Below are positions 45,672 to 58,900 of a stretch of 64,000 bases of DNA, piece by piece. A model generated the notes under the pieces. The model was not told the origin of the DNA. It worked only from the letters and a program-made list of their open reading frames with translations, and did no database searches. This DNA comes from Fimbriosthenelais zetlandica. Taxonomy: Eukaryota. The position numbers and the translations under genes are program-made. Positions within the stretch are counted from its first letter, which is position 1, and each line of letters opens with the position of its first letter. The stretch is from the NCBI GenBank assembly GCA_977030845.1, contig OZ365115.1:17298001-17362000 (forward strand), in the 5' to 3' direction.

Positions 45672-47924
45672 GAATATCAATAGACCGAAGAAAGAAAAAT
45701 ATAGCAATGACAACATTCAGGCGTAAAATCAGCGATAGGTCATTCATAAATCCATATCGGCACTTCAAATTAGTGTGAGGAGCTGTTAATTTAGTTAATA
45801 CACATCAGAGGCAATCCTGTGTCCCCAAAGATTTATTATATTATTGTTAATATTAGTAATTTTTAAGGAACATGTACATTTTTATACAGTCACTGCAAGA
45901 TAAGTAAAGTATGATATGAATACTTATGGGAAGGAGAAAAAAACATATATTGAAGGCAGTATATATATGGTTAAGTATTAGACATCAAGACGGATTACAC
46001 ATTATTATATTATTTAGTTTAGAGGGATCGACCTTCTGTGATATATGAATAATTATCAAGAATTATCACTAAAATTTGAATGTGTTTAATATTTGTAAAC
46101 ATGCTATATTAACCTGTGGATAAATTGAAAGTGAAAATACTGATATCCTTGTAAAAATATGCAGAATCCTAAAGCTGCCACATAGGCCTATATATCATTT
46201 ATATATATTAGTTTTGTACATATATATTTTACATAATTATTATCTTACATTTTAAGAAATAATAAACTGGGATTAGAAATTAATGTTGTTAATAATTCTG
46301 TTATACATCTATTTTCTGTTTAATTGCTTGCTGCAAAGAGGTCGGTTGTTTTAACCAAATTGATAGATCGGCCATTATTATGTTTTTGCGCGTTTAACGT
46401 TCTTATTAAGCTTCCTGTCAGCAATTTTCTCGGCTGATTCAGTTTAAATGAAGGCTTTTTTTAGATCTCGTTGCTTCCTCTCTCACGTGTACAAGGGCCG
46501 CGGTCTGATTCACAAGTAGGACAGGATGTCTTCATGCCTCATATGTGCCCCATACCGCATTTATTGTACTACAAACCAGGCCCATTTGATCACAAACAGT
46601 GAAACTTGTACAAAATTATTGGAGGATCAAATTTCATATTTTTGATTAGATTGATCATTGGACCTTAGTGAATGCCATTTTTTTTTTAACGACAACATTC
46701 TCCTTTGTTCCGAATAGAAAGGTATTCCAGGAGAATTGATACAAGGTATGAACTTCCCGAGACTGTTGAAATCACGAAATACTCTAAACGAGTTTTTAGT
46801 ACAGACTGAAGTTTTAAAGACCTTAATGTCAATGATTTTGACCTCTTTCGGAGGATCTTCACAGGCATTCAACCCCTTGACAAAAGAGAATAGCACGAGG
46901 ATTGAATGAATTTCATTGTGCGACAAATGCTTTCAGGGCTGTTATTTTTAAATCAAATTTAATTTTAGAATACATTTCTAGACAGATAAGATCCTTCACT
47001 TTCTGTTTCAAATTAATGCTGTCTGATCTATACTTCCAATTTAACATGTCTATATCAATTATAAATTTATCCTTTTATTAACCATTCGATACCGTACCGA
47101 GTGCATGACCATGCAGTGTCCTGGGTCATGTTGTGGTGAATCATGGTTGAGTGCATTAGGTCTAAATGCAAGCATATACCAAGGAAAAAGAAGGGATGTA
47201 TATATCTCTAGGCTTAAGTCGTCGTGACATTCTACCCCTTATTAGTCGTGGACTCATAAAGCCTCTGTTCAATTTTACCTTATCCTGCTTGATTTAGAAG
47301 TGAAATGGAGTAACCAAAGCAAGGGGACAAAATGCTGGTGAGTACACGTAAACTATATAGACTAGAATATGTATAGAAATGTTGTACTTCTAATAATTAT
47401 AGAGGTATTATAGAATGGGGTTAAACAAAATGTGGGACAGGTATATTATATGGGGCATTCAGAAAATACATGCATTGTTCAGACTGCATGAACAGACTTG
47501 AAATAACTATGCATGTATGTTGTCTATTAAATATTACATGAAAAGGAATATTTGTCGCAATAATAAGTTACATCCGGTATACCCCAATGTGTATACCATA
47601 GTTCTATGTATTATCAATTGGCATCAGAGCAGACAGCAAGGTCAGAAAAGATATCTACAACTTCTTATAAATATAACTATCAAATACAATGCTGTAGCTC
47701 CATATTTTCCATTGACTTTCCATATTTTCCATTAAGAATGCTAGTTAGCTCTTCGATAGCTTTGATCCCGGAAGGAAAGGGTTACAATCCTAAGGTCATG
47801 AGTGGCAAGCATGAAAAATATGGTCATGTCACTGAGACCATTATGTCATGGATACTGAAAATTTTCATAATTATAATAGTTTTGTATATTTTTAATCTGT
47901 TTGTATTAATAAAGCCCCTACTAG

Positions 47925-49062
47925 GATGCCGGGATCAGACAGTGGTGCTGTTATATTGGACATGTCTGCTAGTTCTGATCATGGACGTGAGAGGGCAGGA
48001 GGTGGTGACTAGTAGATACGTAACCGGTACAACCCGACCCACCACAAAGGGACCTGAAAATCCCACAACCGCAGGTAAAACATATTTAAAAAATAATTAA
48101 ATAATAAGATAAATAGACTGTACAACTAGAATGTATACAATCAGCATATCATCATACACCCTCTTTATACTAAATACAGATAGTTGTTTATGCGCGGATA
48201 AAAATGATATGCTTATTCAAGGCCAATTATATTAACTAAATATCACCCGTTCAAAATTAAAAATCAGGGGCATTCAAATTATTGGGGTGACCATTTCATT
48301 AAAAGATACATAATATTAAACATATTATTATGCATAGTTCAAAAACACCCCACGAAATCTTTGCGATAACAATATAATATCCCCGTACATTTAAACTTCT
48401 TGAAAATTAATGAATATATATCAATGTGATTGATATTCAAGGCCCTCATCGCACTACTAGAGTGACCATCTCTGGTCTAGGTACGTCAATTAAACCCAAT
48501 GTAAGCCCTACAAGGATCACCCTACATAGCTCTACCCCAACACGGAGGCCAACAACTGCTAGAGTGACAGTAGTCGGTGGTGGTTCAGTACCTCCTAGAG
48601 ATGAGGGTAAGTTACCCAACAACAAATGGAAATTACTTTTAGCTGTTCATTCATCTGAAAAGTACTTGTAATTGTATACGTTACCTCAATTGGGGCCTTT
48701 CAGCTGAAAAGTACTTTTAGATTGGAGGCACACTCGCACCACAAACATATTATATGCCCACAATTAATTTCTTCCCCTGTAGGCTATATCACTCCAGGGC
48801 GAAATGGGTATTTAATCAAGATTTTATGAAAGATTATAATTATTTTACGGATGTGTGTCCATATAATTATTATAGGGAAAGTCTTTTTTCATGTGTACTT
48901 TATTAATAAGCTCGTGTATTCCCATTTTGAACAGGGGATATCAGTGGAGCAAGGATGTCAGCTGTGATTCAACTACCATTTCTCTTCATCATCACCTCAG
49001 TTGGGATTTTTCTACAGTTCATCATGCTACATTGCGTACAGTACATTGGAAATATCCAATAA
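47925..49062 (+). CDS. Small mucin-like Thr/Pro-rich surface protein with signal peptide and C-terminal GPI signal or TM segment; start exon unresolved
   Basis: Exons 47925-48074 (CRDQTVVLLYWTCLLVLIMDVRG/QEVVTSRYVTGTTRPTT...), 48442-48606 (PHRTTRVTISG...TPTRRPTTARVT...) and 48935-49062 (DISGARMSAVIQLPFLFIITSVGIFLQFIMLHCVQYIGNIQ*). All phase 1 with AG/GT boundaries. The initiator Met must lie in an upstream phase-1 exon, possibly MSGKHEKYG near 47798-47822. Confidence 0.75.
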
Positions 49063-52000
49063 TGAAAATAATTATAAATATTTCCAGATTCTACCAAGTA
49101 TTATGGTGTACTTCGAACGTTCATAACCTAGAAATTCCATCCATAATGTTGCACAGTATTTGAAAGACATTGAAAGTGAGAGATTCGTTAAATAATACAT
49201 GTAATGGAAATGTTTCCATGATAATGTACTGCTTATTATTATTCTGAATGTCTCAGTCATGAAAAACCTCGCATAAATTGCTGGATCAATTATTGCGAGG
49301 TACCTTTTAGACATTATTCATTAATGTCCCACAGATCATTACATTAAACAGTCAAAATGAATTAAAGCTCCCTCTCCCTACATTGAGACGAATGGTGATT
49401 GATGACTTCGGATATTAGTGTTTCTAATTTAGAAATATTTTTTAATTTATTTAGATCTTAGATCTTTAAGACGAAATACAAGATTTCCATGTTCATAGTA
49501 TAGACTAGAATTAACATTTATATAATAATCAAGTTTAAGTACTTAGCTAAAGTAATATGATTAGAATTTTAAACATAATTTTATGAAAAAAAATGATCAT
49601 TTTATCATTATGGGAGTAGTATGAAAGTGGTATCTTCATCAAGTTCATGTGAATGAATGTACTGTTGTTTAAATTATTTATATTTGTAAATTTATTATAG
49701 AGAATATATATGTATGGAGAATAAAAATATAATGACACATCACAGTGATCTCTTTTTTGACGAATGTGTTCGACTATCTCCTTGCAACATCTTTCATGAA
49801 ATTGATATATAAATTTATAATAAAAACCCCCATGGTGTCAATCCATTATCAACATCCTTGAAAGCACCAATAAATCCACCAATATTAAAGCGGACTTATT
49901 AATACAAAAAAGATGAAAGTAAAAATAAATAGTTCTAAAGAAATCGTTATATTAAAACATTTTAAGATCAATTGAAACATGATTTAGACCTCTGTACTGT
50001 GGCGAATTCTATGTGTGAACGGCAACACTATTGCCCCAATACTGGTGGCCATGCATGTATACGGACCGTACAGGGGGTTAGTGATCAGTAGCCCCCTTTT
50101 CTGGTCTCCATCACATTGCAGTTGCTGCTGGCAGACAGCTATGCACACCTCTTCACCATTGGATTAACCAGGAGGACAGTGCTGGTTGGTAGTACTGGAG
50201 GAAGGAGGGAGAGGGAGAGGGAGACTTGCAGCACTGGAAGCCTCTCCCATACACTTCTCCACAGCCTGTAGTGCATTGAGGGCGAACGGTGTGTCAGAGT
50301 GTGTGTGTATGTATGTGAACTGTAATAGTGGGTGATATGCGTCTGGTACATACACACCACCACTATTGGCAAGCCTATGCATTCTACCATAGCACCACCA
50401 CCCACCACCAATAAGACCACCACCACCACCACTCGTGCAATAACAGGGGATCTACCAACACCCACATCCTATATGCATTCAATGCCCATTTTGGATTACA
50501 TCAATGCATTAAGGGTACATTGTCTTAAAGGGATGTACTACCTGTCATTCCATCCTACCTTGGAGTGATATAATTGATTGCATGGTCTACCTGGTGACCT
50601 GTCCATTCATCCAACCAAGAGACAGACAGGTTGACAGATCCTATCATTGCTTCCTTCCTATCCCTTCTTCTTCATCATATTTCCCCTCTTCCCATCTCCT
50701 GCAAATAAATACCTGGGATGGTAATGGGAAAGTGAAATAATACACCTGCATATCAACCACAGACTTTTGCCATTCAGGTTAGTATTTTGTTGAGTGTTCT
50801 CATCGTCAAGCTTGTGTAGTAGATATTTATTGATGTATAGGCTGTACAATATTTGCACTGCACAATGAAATGATCATACAGATACATTTAGGGAGGGCCT
50901 TTTTGTATCACTGGGGGGTATATCTTGGGCGGGGATGGCACTGCAGCTTGTCACTGCAGTGCAGTAGGATCCTTTATGAAGGTCCATGGTGATAACATCG
51001 ATCTAATAGTCAGATGGGTGTGATATGGTTTTTTGGGGAGGAGGGCTTCCAACTACTGGAGGGCCTTGATCCCGTTGTATGCATTAACCATATGGGTGGC
51101 AATACTATAGTTTTTTCTCTTTCTCTGTCATTGGAATAGTAAAGACCAAAGCTATTTGTGGAGGAATTTAGCCATTTTCTCTACATTCTCTTATTCCCAA
51201 TCTGCAACGTGTTGTAGGTCTTCTTCTTCATGGTGAAATTTCAAGACATTCCAGACATTCTAAGTTGGGATAAAACACAAATTTGAATTCAGTTTGTTAA
51301 GGTAACCTATGATTATAGCCCTGTACTTGTGCATCTTTCAGAGGGGTCATTAATTTTTGGACATTAATTTACTGTCCAAAAGAAAATTAATTTGTATACC
51401 CTTGCTCTTGGAGTTAAGTTAAGTGCATCTTTATCGACACGTTTTCCTAAATTTACTGGCCAAATGAAAATTAATTTGATGCCTTTAGATGCCTGCGAGT
51501 TATTTAAGGAACAAGCATCAGGTTTATTCAGGTTCCCGGCCGTTTACTTATAGCAGAGAGATTAAAATAGGGTTTAAATAGGGCCTGATTCTAATCTCTC
51601 TATATAAGCCAGTCTGGGGACGGATTGGGGTGCTATATACGCATACTGGGGTATATAATTATAGGCAATAGTGACCTCCTTGTTACTAGGTTACAATATA
51701 TAGTGTACATGACAGATGAACAGGATCGAGATCATGTCCAAAAGGGGATATATAGACGATATGTCACACTGCCAGTGTTATAATACAGATTCTATAGGGA
51801 AGAGAGAACGTGACATGTATATGAGTAAACAATGTCTATGAACTATGATAGTGTAGACCCTATATATATATGGCAATATACTGAGCCAGCATTTTTTTTA
51901 TACCGAATCTGCTGCACTGAAGATAAAAAGAATGGGGATCTTTTTTCTTATCTATTCTCCAATCCTCAAGAGAGAATCAATAGAAGTCCCATGTAACTTT

Positions 52001-53809
52001 AAATACAACTCTAATGAACTATTCTTATGTGAGGTCCTTATAATGCAGAACTGGTACATTTTGTATATCTCTTTTTATCTAAACAAGTAAATATAATCTT
52101 TGATCAAATGTGGATCAAGATCAATTCGGTAAATATGTTCGATCCACTCACAGCGAATCTAACTTCAGAGGATGTGATCATGTAAGCTAAGAAGAAAAAT
52201 CATTTATCTAGCTTTAGTTATATGTAGTAAGGTAGCACTATCTACTATTAGTGGGAGGGGAAAATGTATATACACTCATACATACACAGGTCACACCAAT
52301 ATGTAATTAAAGAAGTCTAGATAATACTACTACATTCTCCAAGTGCCAAGTTTACCTAGGCATAACCAGTGTGAAATGTGGGTCGATTGAGGAGGGTGAA
52401 GTATTATTTCTGACATCTCGTGTCATGGCATGATGAATGCTTGTTTGTGGGGCTCAACCAAACAGATAGAGCGACAAGAACCCATTTTAGCCCAGCCTCA
52501 GGTGTAACTAGATCGTCACAGTACGTGCACAATACGTGAAATGTGTCTTTTCATCTTAAATTCAATACAACATGTAGTGAAATGGGTCTTTTTCATTCTA
52601 AACCCACCACAACGCAACTTGCAGTAAAACGTATCTTTTCATTTTTGACCTAAGATATCCAACGCTGCTCATTTCAAACCCGGGATTCAAAGATAATGAA
52701 AGAGAACATGATTACACAGATTCCAATAACTGTATAATTGTGTATAACTGTATAATTATATACAAGAGGATTAATTTTCCTCCTGATGATCTTTAACCTT
52801 TACTGAATACTGAGGTAAAATAAGGTTAAACACACAAAGTATGTGCCTTGATGCTTGCTTTTCCATCACTCTCCTGTGGAAAGCGCATCAAGCTATATTT
52901 GAGAGTTTTATTTTCTAGGTTAAAAAGCAATCACATGATAGTATAAGGACATTATTTATTATCCTCTCATATAAGCGGGTCCATTCGTCATAAATTTATG
53001 GAATACCATATTTTTATGTGATGTATATATAGAAGTTTCACATTACATTTGTTTTGAAGAATTTGATATGAAAGTCAAAATGCAGCAGATGAAAGTAGAT
53101 CTTATATAAGATGCCTACTAAATATCTTATTTCTCATAATGTATAAATTAAAGCCGCTGTGTGTCAGGATTACAAGCTCTCTGGTCGAATGTTCAACACC
53201 AACGCAACTATTGTATAAATGACAAAACAACTGACAGCTGTCTGTCTTTCCGTATATTTCAGAAATCAATAAACTCGGTTCACAACATTCGTCAATAATT
53301 CAGCGACGGAAGAGACAGAAATTTATTGTGTGGAGAGAAAGCACACAGTCCTATAATCAGCTGAGATATACACCCAAGCAATAGCGTATCAACTCCTGAC
53401 TTGATTGGAGGGATTTAGTCCCATACAATACTCAAAATTAGGCTGGAAATCCAGCCCACTTTTTCATCACGAAGCAGCTCTGTCTGCATGGACAGGGTGC
53501 AGCATACATATGTACATACATATGCTCTATAGAATAGTCCAGGCAAGCCCAGGAACTATTCATCAAGAGTAGACCCGCAGAAAATGATGGCAAATTATGA
53601 CCAATCAGAGAGGGTAACAGCTGGTTTGCAATCGCTGCTGCTGCTACTGTTGTAGGCCCACAGTTTGCCGCCAGAGATGCTTTAATGGGGAGAGACTCTA
53701 CCATTGAGGAAAATATTGGATTTGGACTCTCCCTTTCTTTACCTGTCGTACAAGACATATCTCCATAAAATCTATGTCTTAGCAAGCAAGAAGAAAGGAA
53801 TAAGTGAAA

Positions 53810-53926
53810 ATGGCTGAGGAAGAAAATAGGATGATCAATGGGAGGGTGTACCCAATGGAGGATTATGGAGCCCTAAGGACACCAACCTCCGACGATAGGG
53901 TGAATATCCTAGATGAAGATGAACTG
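53810..53926 (+). CDS. Candidate first coding exon of an unidentified gene
   Basis: aaaATGG Kozak context, open 39 codons MAEEENRMINGRVYPMEDYGALRTPTSDDRVNILDEDEL, strong donor CTG|GTAAGT (phase 0). Confidence 0.5.
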
Positions 53927-54781
53927 GTAAGTTAAAAAAACATATTTTAATCAGGAAAGTGTCAAGAACTAACTGATTTATATTTTCCAGGGTTAGCGGA
54001 AATAGACAACCTATGCAGTGATCGAAAGTTATCCTATATATAAGTGCGACTTCTCTTGATCATTTATTTTGAATGCAATTGATTTCAGCCCCAATAGACA
54101 ACAACTCGGTAAACGTTGTATATGCCTATACATAGACCACCATGCAACTCCACAAAATGAATGTCTTTCTGCCCGTACATTCTGAATTTTTAATGCTGCA
54201 GGAAATACTGAAGATACGTTTGCATTATATATCATATAGTTTAAATACATCATGTATTTCATAAATGAAAAATTCATAAATGGTATGAACCACTTAACAT
54301 AACACAACTATATAGATCGTTCAGCTTCCATTGGATGAATAATAAATGCTAAACGCTGTGCCATTGTAAATTGCTGTGTATATAATATATAAGCATGCCA
54401 GGCTCAAATGTAATAAAAACTAATTTAGACTAGTCAGTGGAAGTGACAAAAGAGGGGGGTGTTATTCGGAAGCCCCCATTTAAGATAATCCGTTTTTTAT
54501 CCATTCTACATGGAGAACGATAGCAGGGGATATCAGAAGCCTATCTCTGTTCTTGATATCCCAGTCACTTGCTGTCATAACACTCAAGGCACTATTTTAC
54601 AATGTCACCCACTTTCCATGGTATTTAGAGCTCGTGGAACTCTGTCATTATTCTTATCTTAGATCCGTTATTGATCTAGGCAAACAAGGATAAGTTAGAG
54701 CTCTATAAGTGTGAGGTTTCTCACTGATGCCATTACAGCCTCATTATCTCTATTCAGTACTCATTACATATAGGCATGCTA

Positions 54782-54975
54782 CACTGTTAAAAATCCTAAT
54801 AGAATTAAATGGCCGACAGCCGGAAAATCGAAAAATCTCTAGCGGCCACTTTTGCTTGTCACCTTAGCCCAAAATAACTAGAATGCTCATTTCGGACATT
54901 GAAAACTGGCTCATAAAAAGCTGTGGTCGCGCCAGTTAAAACCAACTGAGTTTGAGGTAATTTCTTCTAACAGTG
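54782..54975. mobile_element. Possible CACT-terminated (EnSpm/CACTA-like) MITE
   Basis: CACTGTTA...TAACAGTG, flanked by TA on both sides. The TIR is short. Confidence 0.4.
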
Positions 54976-55721
54976 TATTTAGCCTGTTCACACGTCCTGC
55001 ATCAAATAAAGTAATTACATTTTAAGATTTAATTAAGTACAGTTTACTTCACGCTCTAAATAAAAGAAAGTTATTAAAACCTGTTAGGATATTATAATTA
55101 TATCTTGTACAGTCCAAGGTGTCCAGGAGCCCATTTCAAAACGACAATTAGCCATGTTTTAGGGAATGTCTTGCCATGAAACCGCCCCATGACATTGACT
55201 GCATGTTATAATAATAGTCTGGTAAAGTGTATTATACCAGTATATTATATCATTTCTGAGGCATATACCACCTCCATCTAACCAGGTCAGCAAACAGAGG
55301 GTTCATGACTGCTTCTATTTATTTTCTCCCTGCCGTTCTGGCCTTATTCAGCGTTTACTATTCATCCACAGTCGTCAAACAGAATTGAAGCCGCACATTA
55401 TTGACATAACAGCATCCTGACTGGACACGTGCAGGTATATAGATAGGTAATGGCTGACAATGGAAGGTGGAACGCCTTTACTGTGCCCCCACACATGTCC
55501 TGGACAATTAAGTCCATCAAACAATGCTGTTATGTACATGCATCCAATATAGCTAAGACTGCCATACGCCCCTTTCATTGGTGTCAGATGTTTGGGCTAA
55601 ACATAGGAAAGTGAGGCTTGTATGTATGTATATAACTGGTTATCTGTATAAAACGAAGTTCTATTACAGAATTTGTGCAGAATTTTGGTACAGAATAATC
55701 AATGAATGACTTTCCTACTAA

Positions 55722-55912
55722 AGCCTCGAATACACTAATTAATCCGATTCTCCAATCCGTCACCATCCGATATCCTATTTCTAATGACATCTAAAGATTG
55801 AAATTTCGTCAGTGATTGGCTTTACCTATGTGTAAAGGACTGTTCAAATTACAGGCATTTGGTGTGAATAGCAATATAAATTCGGACTTCTATCGGATGG
55901 CGTCAGATAGAA
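55722..55912. mobile_element. MITE family A copy (right TIR eroded)
   Basis: agcctcgaatacactaa..aatccgattctccaatccgtcaccatccga followed by the family core. Confidence 0.78.
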
Positions 55913-58900
55913 TCTCGCATATTAAAGTATGTATCATCCATGCCTTTCATATTGAATTGAAGCAACATGAGCCTTCATAATAATTGCAAAATTGAGTTTG
56001 TGCTCATGGCAGATATCTGGGTAAGATCACCAAAATGATCCCTTATCTCAGTCATATAATTCTTAATAAAGCCTTTATAATTCCCCAGAATATGAGCACT
56101 GTCCATGTATCATATCTGATCTAAGTATAGACATTACTCGATCTGTATCTCTATTTGGATGTATGAGTAGGCAGTCATTGATGGTTATTACACAAGGCCT
56201 GCTGCTGCTGGGCAGCATAGGGAGAAAAAAAACATGACAAATGTGTTACAGCCATCGGTTAGTTGTTGACAAAGCTCTTCTAACCTGAGCCTTTATTGAT
56301 GAGTAGGAGGCCAGATGACAACTACATGAGAGTGAGAACTGCTACCAACAAGCCCACCCCTTCAATGAAAAATACTCACCCTACCCCACGTATAAAACAT
56401 TAAAACTATAAAGTCTGATCAATTTGTGATTATCACGATAGGAGGCTATAGCCAGTGAAAAAGTTACGATTGATAGTATCGGATACACTCTGTGTATAGG
56501 CTTTGTTCTTGGAAAAAACACATATCTCCCAATGGTATTGTTTGATAGAGGCCATTTTAGATAGGGCCTGATTTTAAAAGTAGATAATAAACCAATGTAA
56601 GTTTAATATACATCTTGAGTGTCTCATCATTTTGTGGCCTTTGCACAAAGATTTTCCGCGAGAAGCATAACACTAAGGGTATGGTTACTCATATATCTCA
56701 GAGGCAGGTAGTTAATCAAAATAATATGCCCATAAAATGATGTCAATTGGCATTATCTATTGATATATTGCAGGCAATTATTACCAGCTATGGCCATAAT
56801 TGTTTAATGGATAATATAATATAATCCCCATAATATCTAGGCCTGTATATGACCCTGTGTTATGTTAATCCTTGTTTTAATCAAAATCGCCCATCTTAGC
56901 CATATAGTATCAGCTAATTGGTATTAGGTCTCATTTTGAATCATTTATTATTGTTGCAATAATATATAGGCCTCCCATCTCTCACTAGATACCGGCCAGT
57001 TATTCAATTGTCCTTAATTTCATTTTATCCAATTGTCCTACATCTCCTAGGAACAAATCCTTAGGTACAGTGAACCAAATGGGCGTATACCAATTAGCAA
57101 GACACTGAGTGAAAGCTGAAGGCTAATTGGTTTGAGGGTTGAAGTATACAATTATATACAAACACAGGTACTGCTCAGAGCCTTTAAGGATGACCTTTTC
57201 AATGGCCTCTAGAGCGCCACCCACAGAAACTGCTCAAAATCTGGGTCATCGGGCTTTGTGTACTACGTGTATACATTACTCTAGAATAGTGGCTGAGGCT
57301 GCCAAAGCATTGTTCTTTTGATCATGAAACATTTAGTGACAGCCATGTCCAGTGAATGTTTGTCTAGCTGCTGTCCATCAAAGCTATGTATATTTATACA
57401 GCTTAACGATTGTGCAGGCCATTAGAACATGGTGCTTAACGGGCCTTCAGCTTTGCATTGAATCTTGCAAGCAGGAGGATAATATTATCTTGCTTCTAGA
57501 TAGACCTTAATATCTACTGACCCTTGATATATTTTCCTGACTTGACCATATTCCATCACTTTTGTGGACCTCGATGGATGTACCTCAATTAACAATGCAA
57601 TTCAATTAAGATTTTTCAATACATTCTGTAGAAATTCAACTGTATCACAAAGTTGTTCATGGCTTCTTGGCTGTCTTTGGCTTATAATATATCTCTCAGT
57701 AGGACTATCTGTCAGTTTAGCTCCATAATTGGTCCCATGAATGTTCTCAAGACGTATACATGGGAGCCATCGGAAATGGCAGATAAAGGTGGGGGTCATG
57801 GGCTGCCATTGTGTATGGGGAATTCTCTTATCTAACATAAATCGATATAATATGCATGTATTACAATAGGTTTATCTCAGTTATGTAAAATACAACTCAT
57901 ATCACCCCTGGTAGTATTTCCAGGAATGATGCGGGATTTTATCATTAGCTGGCATATATATGCCAAGGATTACCCGCATACGGGCTGTGGATACAGCCAA
58001 TTTGAAAACTCATTTTTCAACGATCACTTCCAACCAGGGATGCAACTAACTGGGATGGATTTTTTAAAATATAAAATGAAAAAAAAATTCCATTCATGCA
58101 CTGTGCATTATGAATATGAATAATATAAGGCAACGTGATCAATTGTCTGATTCTGAGGAAACAAGAATTGGCGTGAATTTAATAGTGGAGCCGTGCTTGT
58201 AATTCACATCATGCTGACAGTCAATCAGCCTCAGCGACCTCCCATTCCCTGGCGGTTCCTCATTTCCTTCCTGTAAATATCCCTTACCCACCTGATTACA
58301 GATCTAGTCACCGCCCCATCCCCCATCCCCCCCCCCCCAGCTCATCAGTAATCCATGGCTCAGTTAAAGAGCCTACAGCTACTGTATATAGCCTGTGTGA
58401 ATTTAACTCAAGTTGCACGGGGTGGGAGTGGTCCTAACCCCTCCCCCCTCCCCCAACTTGGACAGGATTCAGAGATGATTTTTTTTTGTCGCTCATATAT
58501 TTATTAGCTGAAAACAAGGCTGGAAACCCCCATGCATGCCACCCCCCGCCCCCCGACTGGCTGTCCTTTTCACAGGGTTGCCCCCATGCACGCCCACCCC
58601 CCGAGTCCTTTCCAAGGACATTGGCTATATATACGCCCATGTACTCTGCTATAAATCCTATATATATATCTTTACAACCATATATATAGGCTAAAGCATT
58701 GTTTTACAACGGCTGATAAACTATAGATTAACTGGACAATTGATGATACCTGAATAGGTTATATTATATAATACACGACTTTCTATTCCTTTGAGGCTCT
58801 GTCTCCTATAGTATCAAAACACTGAATGGTGTTAGGTGTCAATTTACTTGACATTTCGGGGAATCTGATACAAGCTTTAGTTTATGTATGTAAGGATTAG

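Noticed and set aside
50139-50568. Overlapping ORFs with poly-Thr/Val
   Set aside because: Driven by (CAC)n, (GA)n and (GT)n simple repeats; no consistent splice or domain evidence.
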